Origin: Lingula anatina
Lineage: Eukaryota > Animalia > Brachiopoda
Direction of reading: 5' to 3'
Length of the DNA: 64,000 nucleotides
Assembly (NCBI GenBank): GCA_051362555.1
Contig: CM120641.1
Coordinates: forward strand, 34,974,401 to 35,038,400
Below, one piece after another: positions 15,001-26,783 of this stretch. Under the pieces are notes generated by a model. The model was not told where the DNA came from. It did no database searches and worked only from the letters and a program-made list of their open reading frames with translations. The position numbers were made by a program, and so were the translations under genes. Positions within the stretch are counted from its first letter, which is position 1, and the number at the start of each line of letters is the position of its first letter.

Positions 15001-16704
15001 ACAGTTCTCTCAAACATCAATCCATTCTTTATAACCCAGGCTCCAGATACCTATCACAAACATCAATATATAGAAACTAGACATCAGTTGTGATGAGCAC
15101 ACCAGAGGAGCAATAGATTGTCACATCTATCCCAGCCCAATTTCCTGACTGACTTAGGGAAATTATTAACTGGTAAAGTATCATTTTAATTTTCAAGCTA
15201 TAGATAAAAAATTCTGTTCATACCTGAGTTTCATGGATGAAAGTTGTAAAAATTGAAAATTCTGAAAACATAGCTTGCATTTTCTCATTGCTTGAAGACC
15301 ATATGAAAAATATGATCAAAAAGGAAGACTGAAAATCCTGAAATCAGGCATAATCCTGGAAACTTTCATCTATGGAGTTTGTTCATTATCAATTAATATT
15401 TATAATATAAGTATAACAAGGCATTTTACCTGGAATGGCAATGTGGAAATGTAATCTTTTCCCTCGTCAGTGAATACATTCACACACCCAGACTCCACAA
15501 TACATATACCATGTTCTTTGTGACCTAGTGGCAAAATAAAAACATCTTACAAAATAATTTCTGTTCCAGCAAAATTGCAATTAAAAACAAACTGCTTTTT
15601 CATTGTAACTCTCACAAAAACCTTCAGAACATGAGTACTGAAAAGAAAAGATTTGTCAGTGCAAATTATAATTTTAATTTTAAAAGAAAAGTTTAATTTT
15701 TATGACACGGTTCTTCATTTAGAAAATGCATATATTGCACATGTTAAGAAGTTATAAGTACTTTAAAATGAACTAAATGTATCGAGTAACATTTGAAATA
15801 CAAACCTATCATATCTAAGGTATTACTTTTCTGTTCCACATCACTCAGACTGTCAGGTAAAGTAAATGTGCACCACAAGGCCTGAAAATAATTATACAGA
15901 CAAATAAGTAAAATAAGTACAGTAAAGTAGTTCAAACCATTTCTAAATATTTGCACGTCATAACATATATCCAAATGACAAAATCGTCCTTTTTCCAGAT
16001 TCAAGAATCCTCCTGTAGGAGTAATTTGCAATCTTTTATCAAAAATGTTTTTCAAATTACATCTTTTCCTAATAGTTTGAAGCTTAAACTTAGTCAACTA
16101 AAAGTTAAAACTCCTAAACCAAAACTAAAGGGTATCATTTACCTGCTGTACTGCTGAGTCGACAGTGACAGTTTTAATAACCTTTCTGCTTTCCTCATTC
16201 CCTCCCCTGCTCCACACGACAGTGCTTTCCTTGATGTAGAGTTCCTCAATACAATTGTTTGTCACATTTTTCCTCTTGTGCCAGTGCTCCTTCTACGACA
16301 AGGAAAAATCAAAAATACATGTCAAAAGATAAAGACTAACATCATTTCATGTTAAGATCTGCTTCCTTTGCAGCACTACATTTGTGTCAAAACTGAATAG
16401 GCCGAGAATGTAATTATTTTTTCAGTTATAGTACAATACATGTAAAAAAAGCTTCATGCCGAGCATTTTGATAAAACTTTGCTCAGACATATTTAGGAAT
16501 AAGTGTGTTATCTCAGACATAAATACCACACATGCTTACTTTTGAGTTTTCGTGTAAGGAAATATCCTTTATTGCTTTCACTAGCGGTATTCCATGTTCC
16601 AGTGTTGACGACTTCTTAATCTGCAGCTGTACTTTCCCTGGATGAGCTGCCACATGCCCCCTCCCATATGGTTCAAATTCTTGGGCTTGGTAGGCACCAA
16701 TCAT
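85..16704 (-). CDS. ANAPC1: Anaphase-promoting complex subunit 1, multi-exon; the gene continues past the left edge of the window
   Basis: ATG at 16704 (MIGAYQAQEFEPYGR). Approximate GT-AG exons: 16540-16704, 16143-16292, 15806-15881, 15430-15524, 14970-15050, 14633-14710, 13904-14049, 13329-13567, 12746-12990, 12314-12412, 12056-12147, 11587-11796, 11090-11234, 10793-10853, 10380-10567, 10105-10179, 9760-9951, 9379-9449, 9076-9167, 8666-8814, 8407-8481, 8031-8131, 7695-7815, 7240-7367, 6710-6894, 6347-6437, 5959-6067, 5251-5391, 5018-5067, 4510-4695, 4063-4154, 3772-3858, 3551-3598, 3325-3407, 2185-2266, 1590-1664, 1092-1168, 85-177. Diagnostic Apc1 peptides: WPQFHNGVAAGLKIA, LLSIHIAAMLPPTSTELDVPHVVQVSAILGMGLVYQGTAH, GRPPGPEMDNATDRESYSLAAGLALGM, TSPGATLALGMMF, FLLDFVRPDFLMLR (PC-repeat region). 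Confidence 0.97.
303..1040. mobile_element. Older long-TIR MITE hosting the nested family-A element
   Basis: Inverted pairs CCAAATGGGATAAAGTTGGAA (348) / TTCCAATTTGATTCCCATCTGG (970) and TTAAATCTCGTACTGGAGCT (375) / AGCTCGAGCATGAGATTTAA (898). Boundaries are approximate. Confidence 0.55.
527..750. mobile_element. Palindromic MITE, family A (PIF/Harbinger-like termini)
   Basis: Roughly 80-bp inverted arms (GTATTAGCAGGATCGATCTA...AAATTGCATTTAGTTTAAG and its complement) around the core GTCAATTACCCCCCTAGC...GGCATGACAGACATTTAAG. Confidence 0.75.
3055..3295 (+). mobile_element. 5'-truncated retroposon 3' end (L1/Tx1-like) in an ANAPC1 intron
   Basis: 14-bp direct repeats ACACCAAAATGGTT at 3041-3054 and 3296-3309. 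AATAAA at 3272 is followed by a poly(A) tail; the body is T-rich. Confidence 0.75.
4270..4537. repeat. Roughly 135-bp diverged tandem duplication spanning an ANAPC1 exon-intron boundary
   Basis: CCAGTCTATTACCTATCTCAGCCAGCAG occurs at about 4364 and 4498, with matching upstream intron sequence. Confidence 0.9.
5645..5848. repeat. Perfect 84-bp palindrome followed by a 44-bp tandem repeat of one arm
   Basis: 5645-5728 is self-complementary around (TA)n. The unit TATATATAATGTTAAGCAGTACATAAGAACCAAACTTTACTTAA recurs at 5685, 5729 and 5773, and partly at 5817. Confidence 0.95.
15232..15374. mobile_element. Small hAT-like MITE
   Basis: TIRs CATGGATGAAAGTT / AACTTTCATCTATG flanked by the 6-bp direct repeat GAGTTT. 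Confidence 0.6.
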
Positions 16705-17226
16705 ATCCTGGAGATCCAGTGTGCTTAGTTTGAAAGTACCATTAAACACCTAGAAACAAATTAAAATACACATATAAATAAAATCAAATAGACCACTTTT
16801 TAAACTCAAAAGATAAATAAGCTTTTGATATCTACTAGTACATATCTACCCCCCCCCCCCAAAAAAAAAAACATGGTTTTCAGTTTTCACTTTGATCAGT
16901 GTCTCTGCTCTTTAAAAATTGTGTTTGTTTTTTTTTTATTTTGGCGTTATAATGTATTACGTGAAACTTCCATCTCGTTCAAACAGGTCGTTTTGGTGGT
17001 GAACATCGGAAAAGTGCAATTTAGCAAGGGATATCATCTGTCCCTATCTGATTCTAAAGGGCTTCGGTTAACGCGGTCATGGTGGAACGGTGGCGTGCTT
17101 CTTAATTATACAGTTAATGTGCAAGCAACAAGTCCCTATTACCTATATGATGCTGTGTGGATTCTTAAAGCAGTAGTGTAAGAAGATTCAGCATCTGCTT
17201 GTTAACGCTGAAAGTGCTGTACTTAC

Positions 17227-17549
17227 TTCATTTGGTGAACGACAAATACAAGGCAAAATTCAATCCTTCGCGCCGCACCACGGACTGAAGACCAATTACC
17301 TTCTTTATAAAAATATATAGGTATAATAAAGCAAAATATTTATTAAGATAATTATATTAATTATTTCATAACAATTTAAAAGAAAATATGTACATTGAAA
17401 TAGAGTGGAAATTCAAGCACCTGTTCCAAATGGTATTTGCTCCGTATCTATGCTTGACCCAAATTAATAATCACAACAAAGCAAGGCACAACGTAGTCAG
17501 GGTCTAGGGTGGGCTTAGTCTCTTAAGATTATCCCCAAGACAAAGAGCG
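17227..17549. promoter_or_regulatory. Bidirectional promoter for ANAPC1 and ADPGK-1, including the putative non-coding exon 1 of ANAPC1 (about 17227-17290, minus strand)
   Basis: Minus-strand GTAAGT donor at 17221-17226 and a matching acceptor at 16750-16751 upstream of the ANAPC1 ATG. The ADPGK ATG lies only about 320 bp away on the + strand. The same block is conserved at 27252-27578. Confidence 0.7.
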
Positions 17550-20500
17550 ATGTCGTTGTTGACGAAGGCCGGTGGTGTTGTTTCCCTTTCAATTTTTGTG
17601 GCATTAGTAGCGTATCTGCACCGAAGCTACAATGATAAAATCCTCAACGATCGCTTAGACTCTGTGTTGAGAGGATTGCTTCGCGCAGAGAAAAAAGTTG
17701 GCTTTGAAACACGTACTAGAGTTGCAGTTGGATTTGGCGCCTGTGTGGACGGATTTGTTAATGCAACTGATATTTTCCATAACTTAGGTTTCATTCCACC
17801 AGATATACCTGAGCATTACAGTGTGATAAGGGACCAAGATGAGCTAGGGAAAGTTTTTTCGTACTTTTTTAGACACGGAGCTGCTGGAGAGTAAGTAACC
17901 ATAAAAGGACGGAGCACATTGATTGTTTACAAAATAAATAGAGCTGCCCAAAATACAGTTTATCAAGTTACCATCGTATGCAGACATATTACTGAATTGG
18001 CTTGATCATAAAGTTGTAATTTTCATATTTTACATTTGCAAGGGCATATGTTAGTCTTAATTCTTTTTTGACAAAGTACTACAAAAACATATGCCATATG
18101 GGGTTTTTAAAAGAAAGTACCATGTACATGTACAACTGTATATTTTATTTTTCTTTGTCAAATATAAACATCTTCACAAGCTTGTATGATTCTAAATTTA
18201 TTTAAGTAAGATGAAATATATTCATTACCGTATTCTTTTTTTTTTAACTCCAGGAGATATATTGAAAACAGGACTCTATTTGAATCCATTGTAAATGAGG
18301 CAAGGCGGCATTCCTTCACTAGGTGGGCAGTTGGTGGAAATGCTCCTGTGATGGCCCAGAGGTTTGCTAGAGAGGGATGTGAAGTGATGCTTGGAGCCAA
18401 AGTTTCTCCCCATCTTGCTGGCCTATTGGGATCAAATATTAAAAGTCAGTTCTCAGCAAACAGACCTCAAGTGCAATTTAGTGTGTGTGTGTGTGTGTTT
18501 TTTTTTTTTCAGAATATCTGCTTCATAATTTTCGTTTTTATCTACAGTTGTAGCATAAGTTTGTTGTGTAATTTTTTCAACATTATACATACTTAACAGT
18601 TTTTTTTATATAATCAGGTCCATGCTTGCAGGATGGATCCTTTTTCGAATGAAATAGAATTGGCATGCTATTTTTTTTGCTTTTTAGTTGCTGGAGATAC
18701 AATAGATGATGAGGACATCCACATAGCCTTAGAATATGCTACAGGGACATCTTGGGGTAACTTCAAATCTCCTAGGGCAAACAGGTGTGTTGAAAAATTC
18801 ACATAAAACGAATGGAAGGCATTTAATTTTTCAAATATTTTCTCCCCACAAAGTTTATATTTCTTGTGTAATTAAAGCAATAATAACTCTTCCTTTGAGA
18901 TTCAAAATTCCGCATGAAATACATTGTAAACAACGCATGGAAATATATTCTATTGTATTTTACCACTAAAACGGCTGTTATTGCAGTAAAACTAAAATCT
19001 GTGCTTGTCAATCGGGCTTTCGATGCTTTCATCAAGGCATTCGTTGCTAATGACATTATGGTGTCACGCGGATTCTCGCGTTCATTCGAGACCAAAATAA
19101 CATATGGCGCCAAATGCATTAATGCGGACGCAGACGTAAGTTGCGAGTTTTTGTATAGTGCGTCGGATAACGAAAAGCCCAGAATGGCACACATTGTGGA
19201 TATTAATGTATTTTTAACAAAAAGACGAATATATCTCATGAATCTTATATAGTGTTGTTGTTGTCTGCTTTTCCCGCGGTTTTAAGTAGGTCAACAGTGA
19301 CTATGCGATGTCAGAGAGAGCTCCGTCAGTTAAAATCTCTTAAGAGATTTTAACAAAAAACCGTACGTTTAGGAAAAAAACCCTGGATTAACTTTGAATG
19401 CAGGAATGGGGTCGCTGACCATTGGTAAGTACGGGAAAATTGCCGTTTACTCCAGGAAAATCCAATTTTTGGCCAAAATGAAGAGTTATTATGACTTTAA
19501 GTTACTGCAATTACTTTTAATATGCCCTCATATTTACAGAGATTTGTCATATGATGATAATGCATGGAATATGAATTTTGCATTTAAGGCAGCAATAATA
19601 AATTTTTACCTTTTTATTTTTTTCTTTAGATTTTTTATTCACAGTGACCAGTTTAATCCATACATTGACTCCCTTGAACTGTTCAGCCAAGCAGCAGCTT
19701 CTTTCTCTCCCCAACTACTCGTTGTGGGAGGTCTACAAATGATGGATAGTTTTCCTTTCAAGCCAGGTAGATGACTAAATAAGAGGTTGGAAGCACACAC
19801 AAAACAGCATTTGCATAACAATTAACAAAACTATTTAAGAATTAACACCTATGTACATAGCTTTTGGATAAGAGGAGTGATTTAATTTTTTGTGGTCATT
19901 TTTATTAAAGTTATAAAGTAAAATGGCATACTTACACCTGTCACTATATTACATGGGTTAAATACAAATTTATTTAGCATATCTGGTCATTTAGTACAGC
20001 ACTTTACAGATTTTAAGGGTGTCCTAAAAGCAACAGATTTGATGCTAGGGATATTTAGTGTGGTAGATGTAAAATATGTTTTGGTTCTTATATCGAATTT
20101 TTCCAAGAATGTGAGACACATCTTTTTCTTTTCAGGTGTCCGCAAAGAACGCCTACAAAAACTTGGAGAAGTTTTAGCTTCGACTTCTAAGAATACCATG
20201 ATTCATTTTGAAATGGCCTCATTCAGTGAAGAAGCACTTTTGCAAGATTTGGTAGAGCATGTTATCCCATACTCAGACTCACTGGGGATGAATGAGCAGG
20301 AACTGCCCAATTTATTAAGTGCTTTAATGAATGGTACTGCGACATTGATATCAGATGCCTATCCCAGGATTGCTCATGTGCTTGATCAGATGAGAGCCGT
20401 GTATAAAATTCTCAGTCAAACATCAGAAAAAAATAATAGGAGAAAACTGACAAGACTCCATGTCCACACCTTGGCTTACCAAGCAATTATAACCACCTCT

Positions 20501-20803
20501 GGCTCGCCATGGAAGAACACCATGTCTGCTGCTGCTAAGGCCTCGTTAACAGCAAATCGCCATGTCTGCGGGTCCAACTTTATTCATTTGGAAAAAGCAA
20601 GGTTAATTATTGATGAATCTTTTGCTGCTAGTCAGGCACATGGAAGCAGAAGGATTTCATTTGAGAATAATCGGCCAGTGTCATGCTGGAAAGAGGGCAA
20701 CTACGAGTTTTGTGTTGCCCCGGTTCTTGTCTGCACCCAAGTGTTTCAAACTGCTGGAGGTGGGGATAATGTTTCTTCAGCAGGGCTTGCAGTGCAGATT
20801 TAG
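17550..20803 (+). CDS. ADPGK: ADP-dependent glucokinase, copy 1 (477 aa, 5 exons)
   Basis: Exons 17550-17890, 18254-18444, 18688-18784, 19630-19766 and 20136-20803 sum to 1434 nt with consistent phases. N-terminal signal anchor; motifs RVAVGFGACVD, GGNAPVMAQR, HFEMAS, DSLGMNEQEL, RLHVHTLAYQ and the catalytic TAGGGDNVSSAG. Confidence 0.96.
18876..19496. mobile_element. Kolobok-like non-autonomous DNA transposon (621 bp) in ADPGK-1 intron 3
   Basis: TTAA target duplication at 18872-18875 and 19497-19500. TIRs AGCAATAATAACTCTTC / GAAGAGTTATTATGACT with AG...CT termini. The empty site GTAATTAAGTTA is present in copy 2 at about 28926-28937. Confidence 0.85.
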
Positions 20804-21524
20804 AGGGCAAAGTCCAAAGTCAGTTCAAAATATATAGGGTGGATTGAAATATTACTACTTTAAACCACTGAAGAATTCTCCTTTATAATTCTATGAAATT
20901 TCACTTTGTACTACATCAGTGTTGCCTCTGGTGCTTAAAAACTTTCACTCAAAAGCCTTAGTAACATCTGTGTAGTAATCAAAAATAATAGTCGATAAGT
21001 GCAATGTTGGAAAGAATCATTGAGAGGTTTCACCTTCAAATTCTTAAAATATCTGATTAATTGATCTCCTTCACACTAGCATAATGCTTTTACACATCTT
21101 CTATTTATGTCTTGGCTTCTACCAGGTAGACTTTTCATTACAAACTGTTTTGCTAATCTCTTTTACATTCTTTTATGAAGTCAGACACCATTTGGTGAAA
21201 TTCATATTATGTGGTCTTGATAGTAGTTAATGTTGACCCATCCTATTGAAGATGGAGGGAATTAAGCATTATTAAAAATGTTAAACCATCACCAGGGAGA
21301 CTTCAAACTGCTGGATAATGGCAGTGCTTATTATTTAGACTATCATTTTAGTATTCAGTGTCATTTGGATATTTCAGTATCATCTCCCAGAGGTAATACC
21401 ATGTAAGGTACTGGGTGCGGATTTTGTTGTACTATAGAGAATTATTTTTGAGAACTTGAAATTTAAAGAGGAGTGTATTTTATCTACCCAACACACATCT
21501 TGTGTGCAGAAAAGCAATATTTTT

Positions 21525-23480
21525 ATGTACAGACACAGATGTGTCTGTACATATTGCCATCACCTGCGTCTGTCGTCGCCGTCGCTGTCGCCGTCGCCGA
21601 TGCCGATGCCGTCGCCGTGCACTTTCCTTGTAAACACGATAAGTGGAGGGCAGTTTTACTTTTTGGCTTTATATTTACAGAGCTGATGAATATTCATAAA
21701 ACGCAGGTCAAGTTCGAAAATCAGCATGATCGGGCCATTATTGTATAAGTTATGCTGTTTTTTCACTTTTCAGCATATATGCATCCCTGTAAACACATTT
21801 TAAGGAAAACCGTTAGGCCTGTTGTCATGAAACTCACAGAAGTAATCAATCTTACTAAAACGCAGGTCAAGTTCGAAAATCGGCATGATCGGGCCACTAT
21901 TTTAGTAGTTATGCTGTTTTTTCATTTTTCAGCATTTATGCAACACCGTAAACACAATATAAGAAAAACAGATGGGCCAATTGTCATTAAACTCACAGGA
22001 GTGGTCAATCTTACTAAAATGCAGGTTGAGTTCGAAAATCAGCATAATCGGGGCATTATTTTAGAAGTTAAACTGTTTTTTCACATTGCCTCAGATTCAA
22101 CTCTTAGGCAATGTTAACAGTCTCATTACTGAACTAATAAGATACGTAAAAGTGTTTGTTTGACATTTCCTGCATCTTTACAATATTGTTAGTTGATTAT
22201 GTAAAAATGATGGTAAACTTGTTAGCGTGTATTGTGTAATAAAGTGTCAAAAATGGAAATAAACTCATATCATTGCAGTTTGTCAGATTCAATCATTCAC
22301 TATGTTCAGAATCTCAGAATGGAGGAAATTGGACATTAAACACTATTCTATTGATATTTTTCCCATCTCATCAATTTTCTTAGTTGATCATATAAAAATT
22401 GCAGTAAACTGTTTATTTTGTTTTATGTTAAAAAGTGTTAAAAATGGAAATAAACCCATGTCAGAACAGAGCTGTCTTGTTTCACATTTCCTCAGATTCA
22501 ATTCTTAGGCATGTTAACAGTTTCATTATTTAACTAATAAGACATGTAAAAGTGTTTGTTTGACATTTCCTGCATCTTTACAACATTGTTAGTTGATTAT
22601 GTAAAAATGATGGTAAACTTGTTATCGTGTATTGTGTTATAAAGTGTCAAAAATGGAAATAAACTCATATCATTGCAGTTTGTCAGATTCAATCATTCAC
22701 TATGTTCAGAATCTTAGAATGGAGGAAATTGGACATTAAACACTATTCTATTGATATTTTTCCCATCTCATCAATTTTCTCAGTTGATCGTATAAAAATG
22801 GCAGTAACCTGTTAATTTTGTTTTATGTTAAAAAAAAATTGTTAAAAATGAAAAAAAAAAAACATTTCAGAACAGTGCTGTCTTGTTTACATTTTGGCAT
22901 TTTCAAGTTGTGACTTTGAAGTTCCATGGGCCTGAAGACCTTTGCTAGTCACATTTTCTGAATATCCATGATACTTATATTTAATTATTAAAATTGATGG
23001 TCATTATGCTGTTAAACATTATGTAATGTTGCATCAAAATTTGAAAAAAACCTATTTTGGGCACTGCTCCCATGATGACCATTTAAGAGAAACCATGTCA
23101 CTTACTGTTCTCAAACAGTACAGTAAATATGTACAGATGTGTCTGTACATATTGCCATCACCTGTGTCTGTAGTCGCCGTCACTGTCGCTGTCGCCGACG
23201 CTGTGCACTTTCATTGTAAACACGATAAGTGGAGGGCAGTTTTACTTTTTGGCTTAATATTTACACCTGATGAATATTCATAAAACGCAGGTCAAGTTCG
23301 AAAATCAGCATGATCGGGCCATTATTGTAGAAGTTATGCTGTTTTTTCACTTTTCAGCATATATGCAACACTGTAAACACATTTTAAGGAATGTACTTTT
23401 GCATCAGAATTGACAGTAGCCTATTTTGTGCATAGTTATTTCCTGTTTTTTGTCTGTACATTTGACAGCTTTGCTGCCTT
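21525..23480. mobile_element. Composite Helentron-like insertion in the ADPGK-1 3' region, absent from copy 2
   Basis: Copy 2 reads GCAATATTTTTTAAATGGTCC contiguously at about 30945-30965. Copy 1 has about 1.96 kb inserted in that T-run. It contains a terminal hairpin ATGTACAGACAC-aga-TGTGTCTGTACAT, a (GTCGCC)n block, 159-bp internal repeats (21701, 21860, 22019), a roughly 401-bp tandem duplication (22082, 22483), a second partial head at about 23128-23390, and an inverted TGTCTGTACAT at about 23451. Confidence 0.8.
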
Positions 23481-24223
23481 GTTTAAATGGTCCAAATTAA
23501 GGGTTTGTTAATCATTTACAGATACAATTCAGGGTTATAATGTTGTCTGTTGATTGGTAAGATTTTTTCCTTGACTGTTATATTTAGGTAAAATGATTTT
23601 GACATTTAGACATCAGTCAAATTATAGTCTATTTTTATACCTTTTATCCATACAGTTGGGTAAGGTTAAGTGCTTTCAACTCATAACATAATTATGTAAT
23701 ACACGCTTAGCAATATTTTTATAGGCTGAAATGCACAATCATTTACTTTTTAAACAAGAACCCACTGTTAACCATATTGTATTGTTTTCCCAGCAACACT
23801 ATTTTAAAGTCCCATTTAATTTTTTGTGAATGTTTGTATCTCAACATGTACGTTTCAAAGTGTAAAGACAGTGAACCATTTCATTACCAGAACCTGGTAA
23901 TTTTAGATGTTTATTGCACTCCAAAGATTTCATTGCATGATTGAGCAATATGTTTGTTAAACAAGAATACCAAGAACATCTGTGATTCAAATTTTACTTT
24001 GGAAATGGAATTAAAATAAAGTGCTCAACTTTTTCCCTTTGCAGATATAATTTTTTTCAAATTTTAGGTCATCTTTGAAGTTGGAAATTTTTATTAGATT
24101 TCCACCATTTTTCTTTCATGTTGAAAGGCCAGCACACAAACATTACTAAGCCTTTTCATTTAATTCAACTGGAATTGGTCTTCTCATTTTTTCTCTCTAT
24201 TAAAATACTTCAAATGACTATTT

Positions 24224-24857
24224 TTTATTTGATTTTATTTACATATTTTTAAAATTATTTTTTGTACTTTGGTTATGACAAGATTCAGCAAACAGTGGAA
24301 ATTGCAAGATCGAACTCGAGGCCCCTGATAGAACTTGCCATAGAAATGGCCTCGATTTGCAAAATATTAGAAGATAAAATTTACCACTATGACCTGCAGG
24401 TAAACCCACTCAGAATGGGATTCATAGAACATTCTGCATCACTTTGTCCTTTAACCTTTATAATTAGTCACTTGCTGTACGAGAAATTTCACAAATAAGA
24501 AATGCAGATGTCTCAAGCACAAAGCTTGCCTTCATAATTTATTTGCATATTTCATTTCTTATGCACATCTTACTTCTCCAACACACAGACACCAAGTTTT
24601 TCTTCAGTTGGTACATAACAAATCAGCCGTTCATGCCTTCTAATGCAAAAAAGTGTGTCAAATCATTATCTTCCAGTCACAGTTCACAGTGTCAGATAAT
24701 TTACTTAAAGATCTTGTAATCACAAACTTTCTTGCCACCGAACTCCCCTTCACATTCAAAATATTCCTTGACCATTTTCTTGGTCTCTTCGCTGTCTGGA
24801 TCAAGCTTCTTCCAACTATACGAGTCATATAGTCAACCTGGAGGTCTGGGCTCAACT
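24224..24857 (-). pseudogene. EEF1G: Orphan duplicate of the EEF1G terminal exon (coding part 24701-24855) with its 3'UTR and polyA signals
   Basis: Near-identical to about 31699-32327. A 2-nt insertion (gtcatatagtc vs gtcatagtc) frameshifts LSPDLQVDY. The AG acceptor and two minus-strand AATAAA (24224-24229, 24234-24239) are retained. Confidence 0.92.
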
Positions 24858-24863
24858 GTAACA

Positions 24864-25521
24864 GAAATTTCATCCATATATTGGCTTCAAAATGTAAAAT
24901 TCAATTTCAACTCAAGTATATCAATGTATTTTTCTGTCAAGCCCCTATAATGTCTTTTAAAAAGCTTTCAGTGTCTTTAAACAGCGACTTCTTCAATTAG
25001 TGTGTAATACCTCCTCAAATCCCATGTCCATGTCACTGGGAGGTCTACGGACTGTCTGGTACAGGGGGATAGGACAAGGAGGTGGAAGACGTGGCCAAAA
25101 GAATGCCTGGAACATGGATACTGTTCACTTGTGTGGTGCTTGTATACAGCACTAGGTTACTACCAGGGTCCAGGACCACCATCATGTTTAATGTCTGAAA
25201 TATTTATGGATTGTGGTTATTGTGTGGCAATTAAAATGCTCCAAACACCATGTTTACTTTAAAGGACTATTCAATATCATACAGCTGAACCAAAGAAAGA
25301 ATTCTGGAGTATTATATATGTCTTTATATCACATACATATAAATAAATTCATTTCTATCATCAACATCATATCTTAAAGTGCAAAACCCTAAAATTTGCA
25401 AAATAAAGGGTTTTTTTTGGAAGCCTACCTCCAATGGATCAACATCCCTGGCACGATAAACTGGGAAGACCTTTGATAACATATTTCTTACCCAAGTTGT
25501 TTTTCTGTTGGTCAGTGGTAA
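24864..25521 (-). pseudogene. ANAPC1: Decayed duplicate of ANAPC1 internal exons and introns (paralogous to about 11436-12376)
   Basis: Exon copy 25011-25194 corresponds to 11587-11796 with 3-nt and 23-nt deletions, giving an immediate TAG. Pieces of exons 12056-12147 and 12314-12412 are fused by internal deletions at about 25429-25521. Confidence 0.92.
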
Positions 25522-25748
25522 ATATATCTTACTATTTTGGGGGTGCAAAAGTCATTTTTTATACTGTTTTGGTGATAGAATGTGCTTTGAAGGGACAAAG
25601 AGGGTGTTATAAATGACTTCCAAGATATATGTCTGTGAAGTATTTTTGGATATCAAAAAGTGGCAAATCCACCAAAAAAATTCATCCCTGACCTGTATCT
25701 TCTAAGTAGCTATAGTCAATCATACAAGTAACAAATGGTAATCCGTAC

Positions 25749-26783
25749 CCATAGATGTTTGGTGTTTTTCTCCCATCCTGAAGAAGCTAGATTATTTCTC
25801 ACAGGCTTTACAAGATGAGGGGTGTCACTAAAATAGTATACGTTGCAATGAGGAGCAAACATGTTCTGAGCCTTGTATATGCTATTGTGTAGTCTGATCA
25901 GATGCTGGATTGGACTTGCTTTGTCACTATATGAAGAAATAACCTGAAATAATTACAAAAAGCTATAAATTTTATGATTTATCAAATGAAAAACGTGAAG
26001 ATATACAAAATTGCAAAAATTGGGTAAAACCAAATTTGCACAATTACATTTGCCATGTCTGTAGGCTAATGTCCACATGAAATGATTTTAAACAACTACA
26101 AGGTATGCAGCTATTAATGACTAGATCTTAAAATGCAGTGCACCTATTCTTGATAACAGTCACTTGAAATAATTCCACATACCTTCGGCTTCAAATTGCA
26201 CACACACTCTTAAAGTCCAATGCATTGCTCTCCAAGCCATGCAAATGACATCTGGACATGCAATATTCCCAACACAATTTTGAGCACGAATGGATGTAGG
26301 ACAAACCATCATATTGTTCCTTTTTTGGTACTCCACGTGCTGATAGTAAGGCACAGGCTTATCAGCTGCAGTCCCATAGCTAGCAGCCCCCTCACTTGGG
26401 GGCAGCTTGGCATAGGACTGCAACTTGGGGTCAGTGATACCTGGACAAGGATGTGATGATGAGGCCCTAGCATCCTCCAGGTTCTCAATGACACATATTC
26501 TGTTAATCTGAAGTTACATTAAAAAAAAAAAAAACAGAGGTTATATTAAAAAAAAAAAAGTAATGATACTAGTCATGGGGAAACTGCCTCCTACTCAGTT
26601 CCCATCTATCCACTGGTGTAACAGCAATGGGTGGATTGCTGCAGTGGAAAGCAGGCTCACCATGCTGAACACGTAAAGTGCCATATGCATGATTATGTAT
26701 AATATATGGTTTAATAACCTTCAATTCAATATCCGTCGTAAGGTATATAAAATCAAGCTGTGATAACAATGACATAATTCTAA
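25749..26783 (-). mobile_element. Internally deleted, intron-containing P-element (THAP9-family) transposase remnant
   Basis: Exon 25749-25943 (AG/GT bounded, 65 open codons) reads VISSYSDKASPIQHLIRLHNSIYKAQNMFAPHCNVYYFSDTPHLVKPVRNNLASSGWEKNTKHLW. This matches the P-transposase second catalytic Asp region and the DxxH motif (F-S-D-x-P-H-L-x-K-x-x-R-N). Exon 26183-26507 (108 open codons) has the Cys-rich CPGITD...SIRAQNC...C segment seen upstream in invertebrate P transposases. 26569-26783 weakly resembles a THAP C-terminal end (GEPAFHCSNPP). Confidence 0.8.

Noticed and set aside
18823-19252. Overlapping 138-aa and 112-aa ORFs
   Set aside because: They lie inside the non-autonomous Kolobok-like insertion and show no recognisable domain.
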